From contig JBHLKM010000012.1 of the NCBI GenBank assembly GCA_048886685.1, positions 17,576-81,575 of the forward strand: a stretch of 64,000 nt of DNA. Reading direction: 5' to 3'. A model generated the notes under the pieces. It saw only the letters and a program-made list of their open reading frames with translations, had not been told where the DNA came from and did not search any database. Shown here piece by piece: positions 1 to 10,386 of the stretch (within the stretch, counting starts at the first letter, position 1; every line of letters begins with the position of its first letter). The translations under genes were made by a program, and so were the position numbers. This DNA is from Candidatus Hodarchaeota archaeon. Its GTDB lineage: Archaea; Asgardarchaeota; Lokiarchaeia; Sigyniarchaeales; SOKP01.

Positions 1-226
1 TACTTCCTGTTACAAAATCTACAAAATAAATACTACTCCGATCTATTTGAACTTCTCCCAAAGAAGCATAAAGGTCATCAAGAATTTTACTTATCCTCGC
101 AGATTTCTTGTATATCCCTACAAACATAAAATCTAATACTTGTATAGATAACACATTAGACTTCTTATTATATGAAACCCTATTGGTTGGAATTTCAATA
201 CTTGAAAGATCTTTTACTGTTTCCAA
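1..226 (-). CDS. hypothetical protein, N-terminal part (runs off the window)
   Basis: Open frame from TTG at 226 (METVKDLSSIEIPTNRV...) to the window edge, with a GAGGT SD-like motif upstream; not in the ORF track. Confidence 0.55.
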   Translation of the reverse strand, partial: METVKDLSSIEIPTNRVSYNKKSNVLSIQVLDFMFVGIYKKSARISKILDDLYASLGEVQIDRSSIYFVDFVTGS

Positions 227-379
227 TTTCTAATTTACCTCTTTTCTTAATTTCGTGAAATTTATATTAAATTTCTTAATTTTAATAATTTTCCTCTATT
301 TAGTTTTTATATTGAAATTATTAATAATATAATTATCTCCCTATTTATATTAGTTAGTAGTCGATTTTTTCTAAAATTA

Positions 380-1399
380 TCACAAAGAAGATTGAGAATT
401 TAAATCCCTAAAATAAGATTTTATTGATAAAAGTTTATCTTTGACATCTTTAATTCTTTTTATTTCTTTTTGGTAACCTATTACATTCTCAATTGCCTCG
501 CTGATCAATGTTTCCTCTCTATTAGCTTTTGGGTTTTGATATGTTTGAACCTCAAATTCTCCCTCCCAGGGTTTTAATTTTGGCATGGAATCAATGTTTC
601 TTAAATTCCACCTAATATTATTTTTAAAATCATCCGTTAATGGTTTTAAATTAAAATTATTCCATCTTTGAATTACCCAAGGTGCATATTCATGTAATTT
701 ATCAAAATCATATTCAAGATCCTCCCTCCATTCAAATTGATGGTCCCAGTTTGCCACTGCTAAGAAATTATCATTTTCTGATTTTTGAAAGGGGAAAAAT
801 TTCCATGACGCTCGATCTATATTTTCATCTTTAAAAGAATTTCCCTCACCATACTGAAAAAAATATCCAATATTTTCCTGAATCTCTTTTCCCTGCGGAT
901 TCAATTTCATGTAGACTTCAATTTGAGAGATATGAATTTTGCTTTTTAACACTTGCTCTTGGTACAATTTATATATTACATTCAATGCTACATTTGGGTG
1001 ACATTTCCCAGAAAATACTGGATAATAAGTAAAACAATAGAAGACATAGCCATTTTCAGGCTTTCCCTTATATATTTCAAGCCAACATTCTAATGGTTTA
1101 ATATATACATTAGTTTTGATATAATTAATAATTAAGAGAATATCAATAACTGTTGCGATTATGATTATAATAATGAAAGAGGGAAAGTTGAAATAAATAG
1201 GAGCCAAAAAGTAAGATAAAGCTATATATATAAGAGCACCTCCAGCTATGAAAAAGAAAGCGATTAGTGAGTTGTAAGCTTCATGTTCTTTATCTTTCTT
1301 TGAATAGAGGATTACTGGAGCCTTATCGACTAAAATTTCATTCCTATATTCATCGATAAATTGTTGAAAATCAACTTTACTCCAGTCAGAATCAGACAT
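380..1399 (-). CDS. hypothetical membrane protein (2 N-proximal TM helices)
   Basis: 339-aa ORF with two hydrophobic segments followed by a soluble aromatic-rich domain. Confidence 0.75.
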   Translation of the reverse strand: MSDSDWSKVDFQQFIDEYRNEILVDKAPVILYSKKDKEHEAYNSLIAFFFIAGGALIYIALSYFLAPIYFNFPSFIIIIIIATVIDILLIINYIKTNVYIKPLECWLEIYKGKPENGYVFYCFTYYPVFSGKCHPNVALNVIYKLYQEQVLKSKIHISQIEVYMKLNPQGKEIQENIGYFFQYGEGNSFKDENIDRASWKFFPFQKSENDNFLAVANWDHQFEWREDLEYDFDKLHEYAPWVIQRWNNFNLKPLTDDFKNNIRWNLRNIDSMPKLKPWEGEFEVQTYQNPKANREETLISEAIENVIGYQKEIKRIKDVKDKLLSIKSYFRDLNSQSSL

Positions 1400-1618
1400 A
1401 TGTACTTCTAAAGTTATTTTGTTTATTTAAATTTGATGTTATTCGATAAAAAGTTTGTTGTAGAAAGAAAGTGATATGTTTTGAGAATTATTAATTAAAA
1501 AGTATATAATAGATTTACTTTGTTGTTTAAAATAAACATAAAAGCTAAAGATAATCCTTAATTTTACAATTCTATATCACCCAATGTAAGAGTTATAGAA
1601 TTACTTAGGAAATTTCAA

Positions 1619-3097
1619 ATGGCTACAAATACTACTAACTATTTAGATTTTTTATTTAATCCTCGCACTGTAGCGGTGTATAAGGCGAGTGAAAAATTAC
1701 ATTATTTCTTTGTGGGCTTTAAGGAACAAAATTTCAATACAGAAAAATTATATCTGATAAATCCTGAAAAAGAAGAGATAAACGGGTTAAAATGCTTTAA
1801 ATCTCTCGAGGAAATCCCTGAGGAAGAAATTGATCTTCTTATTTTAGCGGTTGGGAGAGATAAGATTCTTGAGAGTTTAAAATTGGTGATTAAGCAAAAA
1901 AAAATCAATACAATTCATATATTTACAGCAGGATTGGGAGAATCTGACAGTCTCGGTAAAAAAATTGAAAGAGAACTTGTCGAAATCTTAAATGACGATA
2001 ATAATCATGTTCGAGCAATAGGTCCAAACTGCATGGGTGTTTATTCACCCGATGGACACCTGGCCTATGAACCTTTCCTCCCTACAAAACCAGGAAACAT
2101 AGCATTTGTATTTCAATCTGGTGATTTGCATTCTCAAACAATTAGGATCGGAGCAAGTCGTTATAATTTAAGTTATTCTAAAGGAGCCAGTGTTGGAAAC
2201 TGTATAGATTTGCAAATATCTGAATTCCTACAATATTATAATAATGATAACGATACGGATATCATTGGTGTGTATTTTGAGGGTTTTTCGAAGCATCATC
2301 CTAATGAAGGTAGAAAGCTCCTCGATGTGTTAAAAAACATGAAAAAACCGGTCTTATTTATGAATGGGGGGAAAACTAAAAGATCACAAACTGCAATTTT
2401 GACTCATACTGGTTCAATTGGCTCAAATGAAAATATTTGGAATGCTATAGTTAAACAGACTCCAATTGTTGATGTACCGACTTCAATGGATGATATGATC
2501 GATTATTTATATCTTTTTAACAGATATATTGATAGATTTAAGAAATTAGGAACGTCATTAAAATATATTAAATATCCGACTGGTAAAAACACTCTATTAA
2601 TCCTTTGGTCAGGAGGTTTTGGTATTATTCATACAAATATCTTAACAGAATTAGGATTGAATGTACCATATTTTGAAGGGGAAACTTTAAATAAATTGAG
2701 AGAAATTTATCCGATTAAAATAGGAAGCTTAAAAAATCCTTTAGATATGCCATGGATCTCATCTAGTCAAAAATATTTTGAAGTTGCCAAGGTTGCTATT
2801 TCAACAAATATTGATCTAGTAATTATTGAAACTGATTCCTGGGGGGATGAGTTCGAAGAAGAACATCGTAGCGATTATTATAATAACCTCCTAAGGATAC
2901 GGGATTATACAGAATCGTTAGGTAAAATATTTATGCTAATTCTCCCTCAATATCCAACCAAATCAAATCAAAGATATAGGAAAAAGCTCCTTAAAGATGA
3001 TTTTATTGTTTATCCTTCGGTTCGAAGAGCTGCAAAATCCTTTCTAGCCCTTTATGAATATGGAAGAAAACTTAAAACCTTAAATAATGCAAAATAA
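1619..3097 (+). CDS. CoA-binding protein, acyl-CoA synthetase (NDP-forming) alpha-subunit-like
   Basis: LFNPRTVAV, IGPNCMG, FQSG, SVGN, phospho-His motif THTGS, NPLD; no ATP-grasp domain. Confidence 0.85.
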   Translation: MATNTTNYLDFLFNPRTVAVYKASEKLHYFFVGFKEQNFNTEKLYLINPEKEEINGLKCFKSLEEIPEEEIDLLILAVGRDKILESLKLVIKQKKINTIHIFTAGLGESDSLGKKIERELVEILNDDNNHVRAIGPNCMGVYSPDGHLAYEPFLPTKPGNIAFVFQSGDLHSQTIRIGASRYNLSYSKGASVGNCIDLQISEFLQYYNNDNDTDIIGVYFEGFSKHHPNEGRKLLDVLKNMKKPVLFMNGGKTKRSQTAILTHTGSIGSNENIWNAIVKQTPIVDVPTSMDDMIDYLYLFNRYIDRFKKLGTSLKYIKYPTGKNTLLILWSGGFGIIHTNILTELGLNVPYFEGETLNKLREIYPIKIGSLKNPLDMPWISSSQKYFEVAKVAISTNIDLVIIETDSWGDEFEEEHRSDYYNNLLRIRDYTESLGKIFMLILPQYPTKSNQRYRKKLLKDDFIVYPSVRRAAKSFLALYEYGRKLKTLNNAK

Positions 3098-3183
3098 TCT
3101 TTTTTCGATTTAATTAAAAAATTAAATAAATAAATAAATCAATTCCCTTTGTCATTTTTAATTGAGATTGTTCATTATAAATA

Positions 3184-5511
3184 TTGAAACTATTTATGGT
3201 TGATTTTGAAGAATTTTTACGTTATCTAAAGTCTCAGGATTATTACCATAACCAAATATATCATATTGAACATATTCCTGAACACAGAGCTCAATATGGG
3301 GGTCTAAAATCATCCTTAAGCGCCCGTCTTCAACGATGGTTAGAGAATAACAACATTAAACTATGGCGTCACCAAGCAGAAGCTATAAATCTAATTCGCA
3401 AAGGCACGAACACTGTTATTGTAACTTCTACCGCTTCTGGAAAATCTCTTTGCTATAATCTTCCTGTATTACAATCAATACTTGAGGAACCAAAAACTAC
3501 AGCTCTCTATGTCTTCCCTACTAAAGCTTTAGCTAGAGATCAATTTGTTGTTCTCTCTCAGCTTTTAGCGGGAACAAAAATAAATCAAAATAGGATTGGT
3601 GTTTATGATGGGGATGTAGATGCCAATGAAAAGAGATTCATATTAAATAATGCTAATATAATAATTACAAATCCTTATGGGCTACACTTTTATTTACCTT
3701 GGTTTAAACAAAAGTGGCGAAGAATCTGCCAGAATCTAAAGTATATTATTTTAGATGAAATTCATATTTATCGAGGGATTTTCGGTTCTAACTTCGCTCT
3801 ATTGCTCAGAAGATTAAAAAGAATGCTTGGTACGTATAATATAAAACCTCAATGGATCTTATCCAGTGCTACAATTAATAATCCTAAAGGCTTCTCCGAA
3901 AAATTAATAGGAGAAGAGGTTGAGGTTGTAGATAGAGATGATTCTCCCTCAGGACCTAAAAAAGTAATCTTATGGGATTTGCCGTATGACGAAATTTCAA
4001 AGAAGTATCGTTCACCACACCAAGAAACTAAAAATCTTTTTCTCAGTCATTTAAAATTTAAAGATGGGATACAAACATTAACCTTTACCTTATCAAGAAA
4101 AATGGCTGAATTGCAGGCAATATGGGCTAGAGAAGCTATCCCTGTTTTAAAAGATAAAATCTTTAGTTATCGAGCTGGGATTAGTAAATCTAAAAGGAGA
4201 GAAATAGAACAAAATTTCAAAAATAAAAAGATTTTAGGAATAAGTTCTACTAATGCTCTTGAATTAGGAATAGATATAGGCTCTTTAGATGCTACGATAA
4301 GTTCTGGATTTCCAGGAACGATCTCGAGTTTCAAACAACAAATAGGACGCTCTGGGAGAGGGACCGATCTCTCCGTCTCAACTCTTATCCCCATGCCTGA
4401 TCCTTTAGATTTCTTTTATGTCCATAATCCTGATCAGTTATTTGGACCAATCCAAGAAGAAATACTCATAACTTTAAATAATAAATACATTATAAAAAAC
4501 CATTTATGCTGTGCCTCAAAAGAAATTCCTATTAAAATTAATGAGTATGAGAAATTTGGAATTCTCGATAAAGAACTATTTATAGAATATTTGGAAGACT
4601 TGATTTCAGAATCTTTACTTATGAAAAGAGGAGATCGATATTATTGGAATAGCGATTTCTTTCCAAATGAAATATATGGATTAAATGATATTTCAACCAA
4701 AAGTTATAAAGTCATATTAAGATCGGGTTCAAATGAAGAACTCTTAACAGTTGAGGATGAAAGTTTTGTATTTCGAGATTTACACCCAGGTGCTGTATAT
4801 CTTTACGAGGCTGAATCATATATCGTAGATGAGCTTGATTTAGAGGAAAGAAGTGTATATCTTTCTAAATCGAATGTAGATTTTTACACGCAATCTTTAA
4901 AACATACAGATATTACCCCTCTTGAGGTACTATATGAAAATAAAAGTGGAATAAAAAGCAGAATTAATTCATATTTTGGTATTGTAAAGGTAGAACATGA
5001 ATATTATTCCTATAAAGTTGTTGATACCATAACACAGGAGCTACGCTCGAGACATCCATTAGAGGATATTCCAATCATTACATTTGAGTCAATGGCTTTA
5101 TGGTTTACAATACCTTTTGATTACCAAAAAGAATTAGAATTGGGAGGATTTGATCTTGGTGGGACTATCCATGCTATAGAACATGCTATGATAGCGATGT
5201 CTCCAGCTTTAGCTCAGATTTCAAGATGGGATTTAGGGGGCTTTTCCATAGATTTCGATCCTATAAAGCAGCAGCCAATAATTTACATTTATGATGCTTA
5301 TAAAGGAGGTATTGGAATATCAGAAATGCTATATTTTAATATTAATGAATTAATGAAAAATGCATATAAATTAATTAAATCTTGTAGTTGTAATTCAAAA
5401 AATGGCTGTCCTGGTTGTATAATGTCTCCAAAATGTGGAAATTCTAACGATCCATTAGATCGCGCTGGAGCCTTATTTTTATTGAATAAGCTTATTGGTG
5501 AAAATCAATAA
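3184..5511 (+). CDS. DEAD/DEAH-box helicase with C-terminal DUF1998 Zn module (YprA/MrfA/Hrq1-like)
   Basis: TASGKS, DEIH, SAT, ALELGIDIG, QQIGRSGR, C-terminal CxC...GCPGC...PKC. Confidence 0.92.
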   Translation: MKLFMVDFEEFLRYLKSQDYYHNQIYHIEHIPEHRAQYGGLKSSLSARLQRWLENNNIKLWRHQAEAINLIRKGTNTVIVTSTASGKSLCYNLPVLQSILEEPKTTALYVFPTKALARDQFVVLSQLLAGTKINQNRIGVYDGDVDANEKRFILNNANIIITNPYGLHFYLPWFKQKWRRICQNLKYIILDEIHIYRGIFGSNFALLLRRLKRMLGTYNIKPQWILSSATINNPKGFSEKLIGEEVEVVDRDDSPSGPKKVILWDLPYDEISKKYRSPHQETKNLFLSHLKFKDGIQTLTFTLSRKMAELQAIWAREAIPVLKDKIFSYRAGISKSKRREIEQNFKNKKILGISSTNALELGIDIGSLDATISSGFPGTISSFKQQIGRSGRGTDLSVSTLIPMPDPLDFFYVHNPDQLFGPIQEEILITLNNKYIIKNHLCCASKEIPIKINEYEKFGILDKELFIEYLEDLISESLLMKRGDRYYWNSDFFPNEIYGLNDISTKSYKVILRSGSNEELLTVEDESFVFRDLHPGAVYLYEAESYIVDELDLEERSVYLSKSNVDFYTQSLKHTDITPLEVLYENKSGIKSRINSYFGIVKVEHEYYSYKVVDTITQELRSRHPLEDIPIITFESMALWFTIPFDYQKELELGGFDLGGTIHAIEHAMIAMSPALAQISRWDLGGFSIDFDPIKQQPIIYIYDAYKGGIGISEMLYFNINELMKNAYKLIKSCSCNSKNGCPGCIMSPKCGNSNDPLDRAGALFLLNKLIGENQ

Positions 5512-5555
5512 TTTTTCTTTAAATATATCATCATTTTAAGCAAAAATTAGTTTTT

Positions 5556-5577
5556 GAATTTAATGTTAAATTTTTAA
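5556..5577. promoter_or_regulatory. 22-bp element with palindrome AATTTAA-tg-TTAAATT, copy 1
   Basis: Identical to 6352-6373; about 90 bp upstream of the first GTPase. Confidence 0.5.
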
Positions 5578-5668
5578 GGATAAATTTTTATATTTTATTT
5601 AAGGTTAACCTTACCCTTTCTATTCAGTAAATTATAATAAAAATCAAAAATCAGCTTAAATTAGTGAA

Positions 5669-6199
5669 TTGTCAAACTCAGATTTTACATTTAAGATAGT
5701 TATTTTTGGGGATCCTCAAACAGGAAAAACTACACTTACACATAGATTTTTGACTAATATGTTTAAGGAAGATTTTCAAATGACTCTCGGCGTGGATTTT
5801 TTACTAAAAATGGTTAAATTGCAAGGTGAGAATATAAAACTACAGATTTGGGATTTTGCGGGAGAGGAGAGATTCAGATATCTTTTCCCATCTTATATCA
5901 GAGGTGCTAACGGGGGCATTTTTATGTATGATATTACTAATTATAGATCTCTTGCTCACGCAGATGAATGGTTTGAAATTGTTGAAAGTGAGATTGATTA
6001 TGATTTACCTATAATTTTTGTAGGCGGAAAGACCGATTTGATACATCTCAAAGAAGTTTCAACAAGAAAGGCAAAAGAAGTTGCAACATCAAAAAAAGCT
6101 AATGTTTATATAGAGTGCAGCTCAAAAACTGGAGAAAATGTTCAAATCATTTTTGAACTACTAACAGAACTTATTTTTAAGAATTTAAAAAGACCTTAA
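5669..6199 (+). CDS. Rab-like small GTPase
   Basis: G1 GDPQTGKT, G2 TLGVDF, G3 WDFAGEERF, G4 GGKTD, G5 ECSSK. Confidence 0.93.
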   Translation: MSNSDFTFKIVIFGDPQTGKTTLTHRFLTNMFKEDFQMTLGVDFLLKMVKLQGENIKLQIWDFAGEERFRYLFPSYIRGANGGIFMYDITNYRSLAHADEWFEIVESEIDYDLPIIFVGGKTDLIHLKEVSTRKAKEVATSKKANVYIECSSKTGENVQIIFELLTELIFKNLKRP

Positions 6200-6351
6200 A
6201 ACCAATCATACCTCAAAGAAATCGTTTTAATCATTAAAGAATGGAAATAATTTTCTATAATAACTGCAAAAGCGTCAGAAAAAGTTATATTGCTAATAAA
6301 TCTCAACGTCTAATTGATTTTTATGATATTTCTTCACGGAAATTAAATTTC

Positions 6352-6373
6352 GAATTTAATGTTAAATTTTTAA
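6352..6373. promoter_or_regulatory. 22-bp element with palindrome AATTTAA-tg-TTAAATT, copy 2
   Basis: Identical to 5556-5577; upstream of the second GTPase. Confidence 0.5.
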
Positions 6374-6453
6374 AGAGTAAAAATAATATTATACTTAACT
6401 TTAGCATTAACCTAATCTATTAGGTAAACTGTTAATTTAAATTCATAATCATA

Positions 6454-7005
6454 ATGAATCAGGTATTTGGGTTGTCAGATTCTTATACATTTAAAATAGT
6501 CATATTCGGAGACTCTCAGACGGGAAAGACTTCTCTAACTCACAGATTTTTAACGAATCTTTTTAAGGAAGATATCCAGATGACTTTAGGGGTAGATTTT
6601 TTACATAAAGAAATTGAAATGAATGGTGAAAATGTAAAACTACAGATTTGGGATTTTGCTGGTGAGGAAAGGTTCAGATTTCTTTTTCCCTCTTATATCA
6701 GAGGAGCTAATGGAGCAATCTTTATGTATGACATTACTAATTATGGCTCTTTGGCTCACGTAGATGACTGGTTTGAGATTTTTGAAAAAGAAATTGATTA
6801 TGACTTACCCATAATCTTTGTTGGTGGAAAAACTGATTTAATACATCTCAAGGAAATTTCAACAAGAAAAGCAATGGAAGTTGCGAACTCAAAAAATGCC
6901 GATGGTTTTATAGAGTGTAGTTCAAAAACAGGAGAAAATGTCCATAAGATATTTGACTTATTAACAAGATTAATCCTAACAGATAAATTAACTACTGAAG
7001 TATAA
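6454..7005 (+). CDS. Rab-like small GTPase, tandem paralog (start may be TTG at 6472)
   Basis: Same motifs as, and highly similar to, 5669-6199. Confidence 0.93.
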   Translation: MNQVFGLSDSYTFKIVIFGDSQTGKTSLTHRFLTNLFKEDIQMTLGVDFLHKEIEMNGENVKLQIWDFAGEERFRFLFPSYIRGANGAIFMYDITNYGSLAHVDDWFEIFEKEIDYDLPIIFVGGKTDLIHLKEISTRKAMEVANSKNADGFIECSSKTGENVHKIFDLLTRLILTDKLTTEV

Positions 7006-7148
7006 GTTACAATTCTTAGTTCTCTAAATAAGAGTTAGACTCTACTCTACTTTTCAATCTTTTTGCTTTTACAAATTTACATCAATCAAATAAGAAATTA
7101 TGATTCGTTAAAGCAATTTTTTTAAAAAAAAAGATCTTCCTAGTAAAT

Positions 7149-7655
7149 ATGAGTAAAGAATTAAAATTAAAATGGAGTGATCTTGTATCTCCCACAATGA
7201 GCCCCGATGATTATTTAAATGAGTTTGGAGAAAAAATTGAATTAAACTATAAAACATATGAACCAAAAGTAGATGCATTAGAAAAAATTAAAGCTCTATT
7301 GGAGAACAAGAACGAAAAGTTAAAGATTTTGGCATTAGGAGCTGATTGGTGTCCAGATTGTAACAGGAATGTACCAAGGATGATAAAAAATATTAAGACT
7401 ATCAAATCAGATGATATTGATCTGAGAATTTTATACGGGGTAATGGTAAACACTCTTCATAAACCCGGCGATACTATATGGCATAAAAAAAGATCTCCAC
7501 CTGAGGCAGTGGATCCTAAATTTGATTTAAAAAAAATTCCTACATTTTACTTCTTCAATGGTAATGATGATCTCATTGGTATTATTGTGGAAAATCCTAA
7601 ATGGGAATCCACTCTCGAAGAAGATCTCCTTGAAATCTTAGAAGAAAAACTATAA
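7149..7655 (+). CDS. thioredoxin-family protein
   Basis: ADWCPDC active site, cis-Pro motif KIPTF. Confidence 0.85.
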   Translation: MSKELKLKWSDLVSPTMSPDDYLNEFGEKIELNYKTYEPKVDALEKIKALLENKNEKLKILALGADWCPDCNRNVPRMIKNIKTIKSDDIDLRILYGVMVNTLHKPGDTIWHKKRSPPEAVDPKFDLKKIPTFYFFNGNDDLIGIIVENPKWESTLEEDLLEILEEKL

Positions 7656-7751
7656 AGAATTATTATAAATCTTAAAAAAAATATTTTCTTTATATTTTTT
7701 AACAGTAATCTCTAAGTTTTTACTATTTAAAAGTATAATTTTCATCTATCA

Positions 7752-8498
7752 ATGATTATTAGGGATGAAACTAAATTGTATGGTTTTAAAAGCCTGATGT
7801 ATCGTAGTGGTTGGCTCTACAATGCAATAACAAGAAGACTTTACGACCAAGATACAAAGTTTTTAATAATTGCTAAATTGATAGGTAAAGGACCAAAAAG
7901 AGTTTTAGATTTACCGTGCGGTACAGGATATTTGATGCGTTTCTTGCATCCTTTGATTGAATATGAAGGTGTTGATCTAAATTATCGATTTTTGAAAAGA
8001 ATTAAGAACAAAGAATTAAAAAAGCGGAATATAAAATTGAAAAAAATTGTATTAAAACAAAAAGATATTTTCGATTTTCAAGATTGCTTAGGAGAAAATT
8101 TTGATGTCATTGTAATCTCTGATATTTTACACCATATTTATCCTAGACATGTTGATTTAATTAACATGGCAAAGAAATCCGCGCGAAAAGTAATTATTTG
8201 CGAACCTTATGCTGTAAAACCAAAAGAAATCAATGCTAGAGATAAGTTATTTAAAATCATCGTTTATTTTGGGAAATTTTTACCATTATCTATCTACAAA
8301 ATAATTGATTTTCTTTTCCTAGATAATGATGGGATTAACCCTTATCATAAGAGAGATAAGTGGAGTTTTGATTTTAAAGGCCTTAAAGAATTTTACAAAA
8401 CCATGGGATTCAATCCAAGTTTTTCTTTAAGAGACGAATATATAGGGGTTTGGGAATCAACAGCTCCCCTATATTTAGAAAGCTCTTCAAATAAATAA
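7752..8498 (+). CDS. class I SAM-dependent methyltransferase
   Basis: VLDLPCGTG, GVD, FDVIV, ILHH. Confidence 0.85.
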   Translation: MIIRDETKLYGFKSLMYRSGWLYNAITRRLYDQDTKFLIIAKLIGKGPKRVLDLPCGTGYLMRFLHPLIEYEGVDLNYRFLKRIKNKELKKRNIKLKKIVLKQKDIFDFQDCLGENFDVIVISDILHHIYPRHVDLINMAKKSARKVIICEPYAVKPKEINARDKLFKIIVYFGKFLPLSIYKIIDFLFLDNDGINPYHKRDKWSFDFKGLKEFYKTMGFNPSFSLRDEYIGVWESTAPLYLESSSNK

Positions 8499-8538
8499 TA
8501 TAAAATACATGAATTAATTTATATTATTAACAAAGATA

Positions 8539-9195
8539 TTGAGGACTCCTTTGAAATTAACTCTCAGTTTGTGGGATATAGCTGGTCAAGAACGATTTGA
8601 GTTCTTTAAAACAGATTTTTTTAGAGGGATTGCAGCAGTTGGCTTAGTATTTGATTTATCTCGCCCTGATACTTTTGATTTAATAGAAGAATATTTTGAT
8701 GACATACGAGACCGGTCCGGAAATATTCCAATTATTCTGGTGGGTAATAAAAATGATTTGAAAAAGGACATTGGCGAAACAGTTCCTCGTGAAAAAATAA
8801 TTCAAATGGTAAATCAATATAATCTTTTTGAATATATTGAAACCTCAGCATTAGAAAGGAAAAATGTTGAAAAATTGTTTTATCGGTTAGCTCTAACAGC
8901 ATTATTAGATATAAAACCAAGGTTAGGAGAGGTTATTGATACACATCACTTCAGGTTCAAAATATTACTTGTCGGAGCAGCTGCAGTTGGAAAATCTTCG
9001 TTGATTGGTTCATTTGTTAAGAAGGAATTTGAAGAATCGTATAAATTGACTGTAGGCTTAGACTTTATGATTCAAGATCTTGAAATTGAAGAAGAGGATA
9101 TTCCTAAAGAAACTCACGAGTTAGTTAAAAATTCAGTTAAATCCTATAAGAAACGGATTAAAAAAATACATAAATTAGAAGAATCACTTCACTAG
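8539..9195 (+). CDS. circularly permuted Rab-like small GTPase (G3-G4-G5-G1-G2)
   Basis: WDIAGQERF, GNKND and ETSA come before GAAAVGKSS and TVGLDF; in-frame stop at 8515-8517 leaves no room for an upstream G1. Confidence 0.88.
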   Translation: MRTPLKLTLSLWDIAGQERFEFFKTDFFRGIAAVGLVFDLSRPDTFDLIEEYFDDIRDRSGNIPIILVGNKNDLKKDIGETVPREKIIQMVNQYNLFEYIETSALERKNVEKLFYRLALTALLDIKPRLGEVIDTHHFRFKILLVGAAAVGKSSLIGSFVKKEFEESYKLTVGLDFMIQDLEIEEEDIPKETHELVKNSVKSYKKRIKKIHKLEESLH

Positions 9196-9228
9196 TTCTA
9201 AGATATTCATCTACTTGCGGCATTATTT

Positions 9229-10248
9229 TTAAGAAAATATATATTTTTCATAGTTATGCTTGCAGGGAGGGCCTATTGTTGCCAATAATTGAATTGGATC
9301 TGATTTCTCATTAATTTCCGTTATCCAAGAGTAGATCGTACCGCTTTTTATACCTTCAAATTCAATATGGTTGCAAACGCCCTTTTTATGGGAACTAAGG
9401 AATTTAATCACATCATTCATAGCTATTTTACTTTTCCGATTTTCAAGGAAATTTTTTACTTTGTTGAATCGTTCCATACTATTGGGAAAAACCAATGCGG
9501 GATCCGAAAATTGTTTCAAGGATTTAGCTTGGTAATGATTAGTGGTATATAGATAATTATTTTTGGCACATGTCACAGATATATGCGGAGGGGCAGTTTC
9601 TACTCGAGCAAAATTTTCTTCTTTATCAGCGATCATAAAGATTTGTCCTCTTACATGAGGGATTTTCTCAAGAAAAGAAACTACTTCTTCCGTGGTTTGA
9701 CAATTATCCAGAATCCATCTAGTTGATAAATTCATTCGGATTCCTGGCTGCCATTTGCCCTTGTAATCTCCAGCAATAAGTATAGCAAGTGTTAATCCAG
9801 ATTCATTTTTTCCTCCATAAATTCCTATCATATGATCTGAAAATGATATACTTTTCAATTTTCCCTCTGGATGAATGAACATTACTTCGCAGAAATCTTG
9901 GAAGGATTCATCCCAATCATAATTCCGAGCAAAAATGGGAAAACCTGCTTCTGTTAGATCGCCTCCAATTGCAAAAACCGTACAATCAATTCCTAGAGGA
10001 TTAAACAACTCATATCCTAAGGCTAATAAAAATGCTTCCATTGAGTCCAAATCATAATTCCCTCCATCACAGAAACCTTTTATTTCTTCAAGCAAATCTG
10101 GGATGTATTGCTTTGCAATTTCTTTACATCGACGGCTAAATTCTAATTTCTTTGGGGGACATGGTGGTGGCTGGAAAAAACGTTTTACTTGAGAACCAAT
10201 TTTAAATCCTATATCATAATACTTTCCCATAAAAACATTTTTTTTCAT
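9229..10248 (-). CDS. peptidase C45 / acyl-CoA:6-APA acyltransferase-like Ntn hydrolase
   Basis: Nucleophile motif DCTVF, ARNYDW, NESGL, TNHY. Confidence 0.85.
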   Translation of the reverse strand: MKKNVFMGKYYDIGFKIGSQVKRFFQPPPCPPKKLEFSRRCKEIAKQYIPDLLEEIKGFCDGGNYDLDSMEAFLLALGYELFNPLGIDCTVFAIGGDLTEAGFPIFARNYDWDESFQDFCEVMFIHPEGKLKSISFSDHMIGIYGGKNESGLTLAILIAGDYKGKWQPGIRMNLSTRWILDNCQTTEEVVSFLEKIPHVRGQIFMIADKEENFARVETAPPHISVTCAKNNYLYTTNHYQAKSLKQFSDPALVFPNSMERFNKVKNFLENRKSKIAMNDVIKFLSSHKKGVCNHIEFEGIKSGTIYSWITEINEKSDPIQLLATIGPPCKHNYEKYIFS

Positions 10249-10386
10249 TCTATTAACCCAATATTATCTTTTTAAATTAGTTTCATAGGAGAGATTATAT
10301 AATTATGTAAATCTTATGTGATAGTAAGGCAATATAAAAAAAAAAATTTCATATCCTTATCGAATTATAATAATATGGTGTGAAAT

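Noticed and set aside
6241-6423. 60-aa ORF between the tandem GTPases
   Set aside because: It overlaps the duplicated promoter region and has AT-drift composition; probably spurious.
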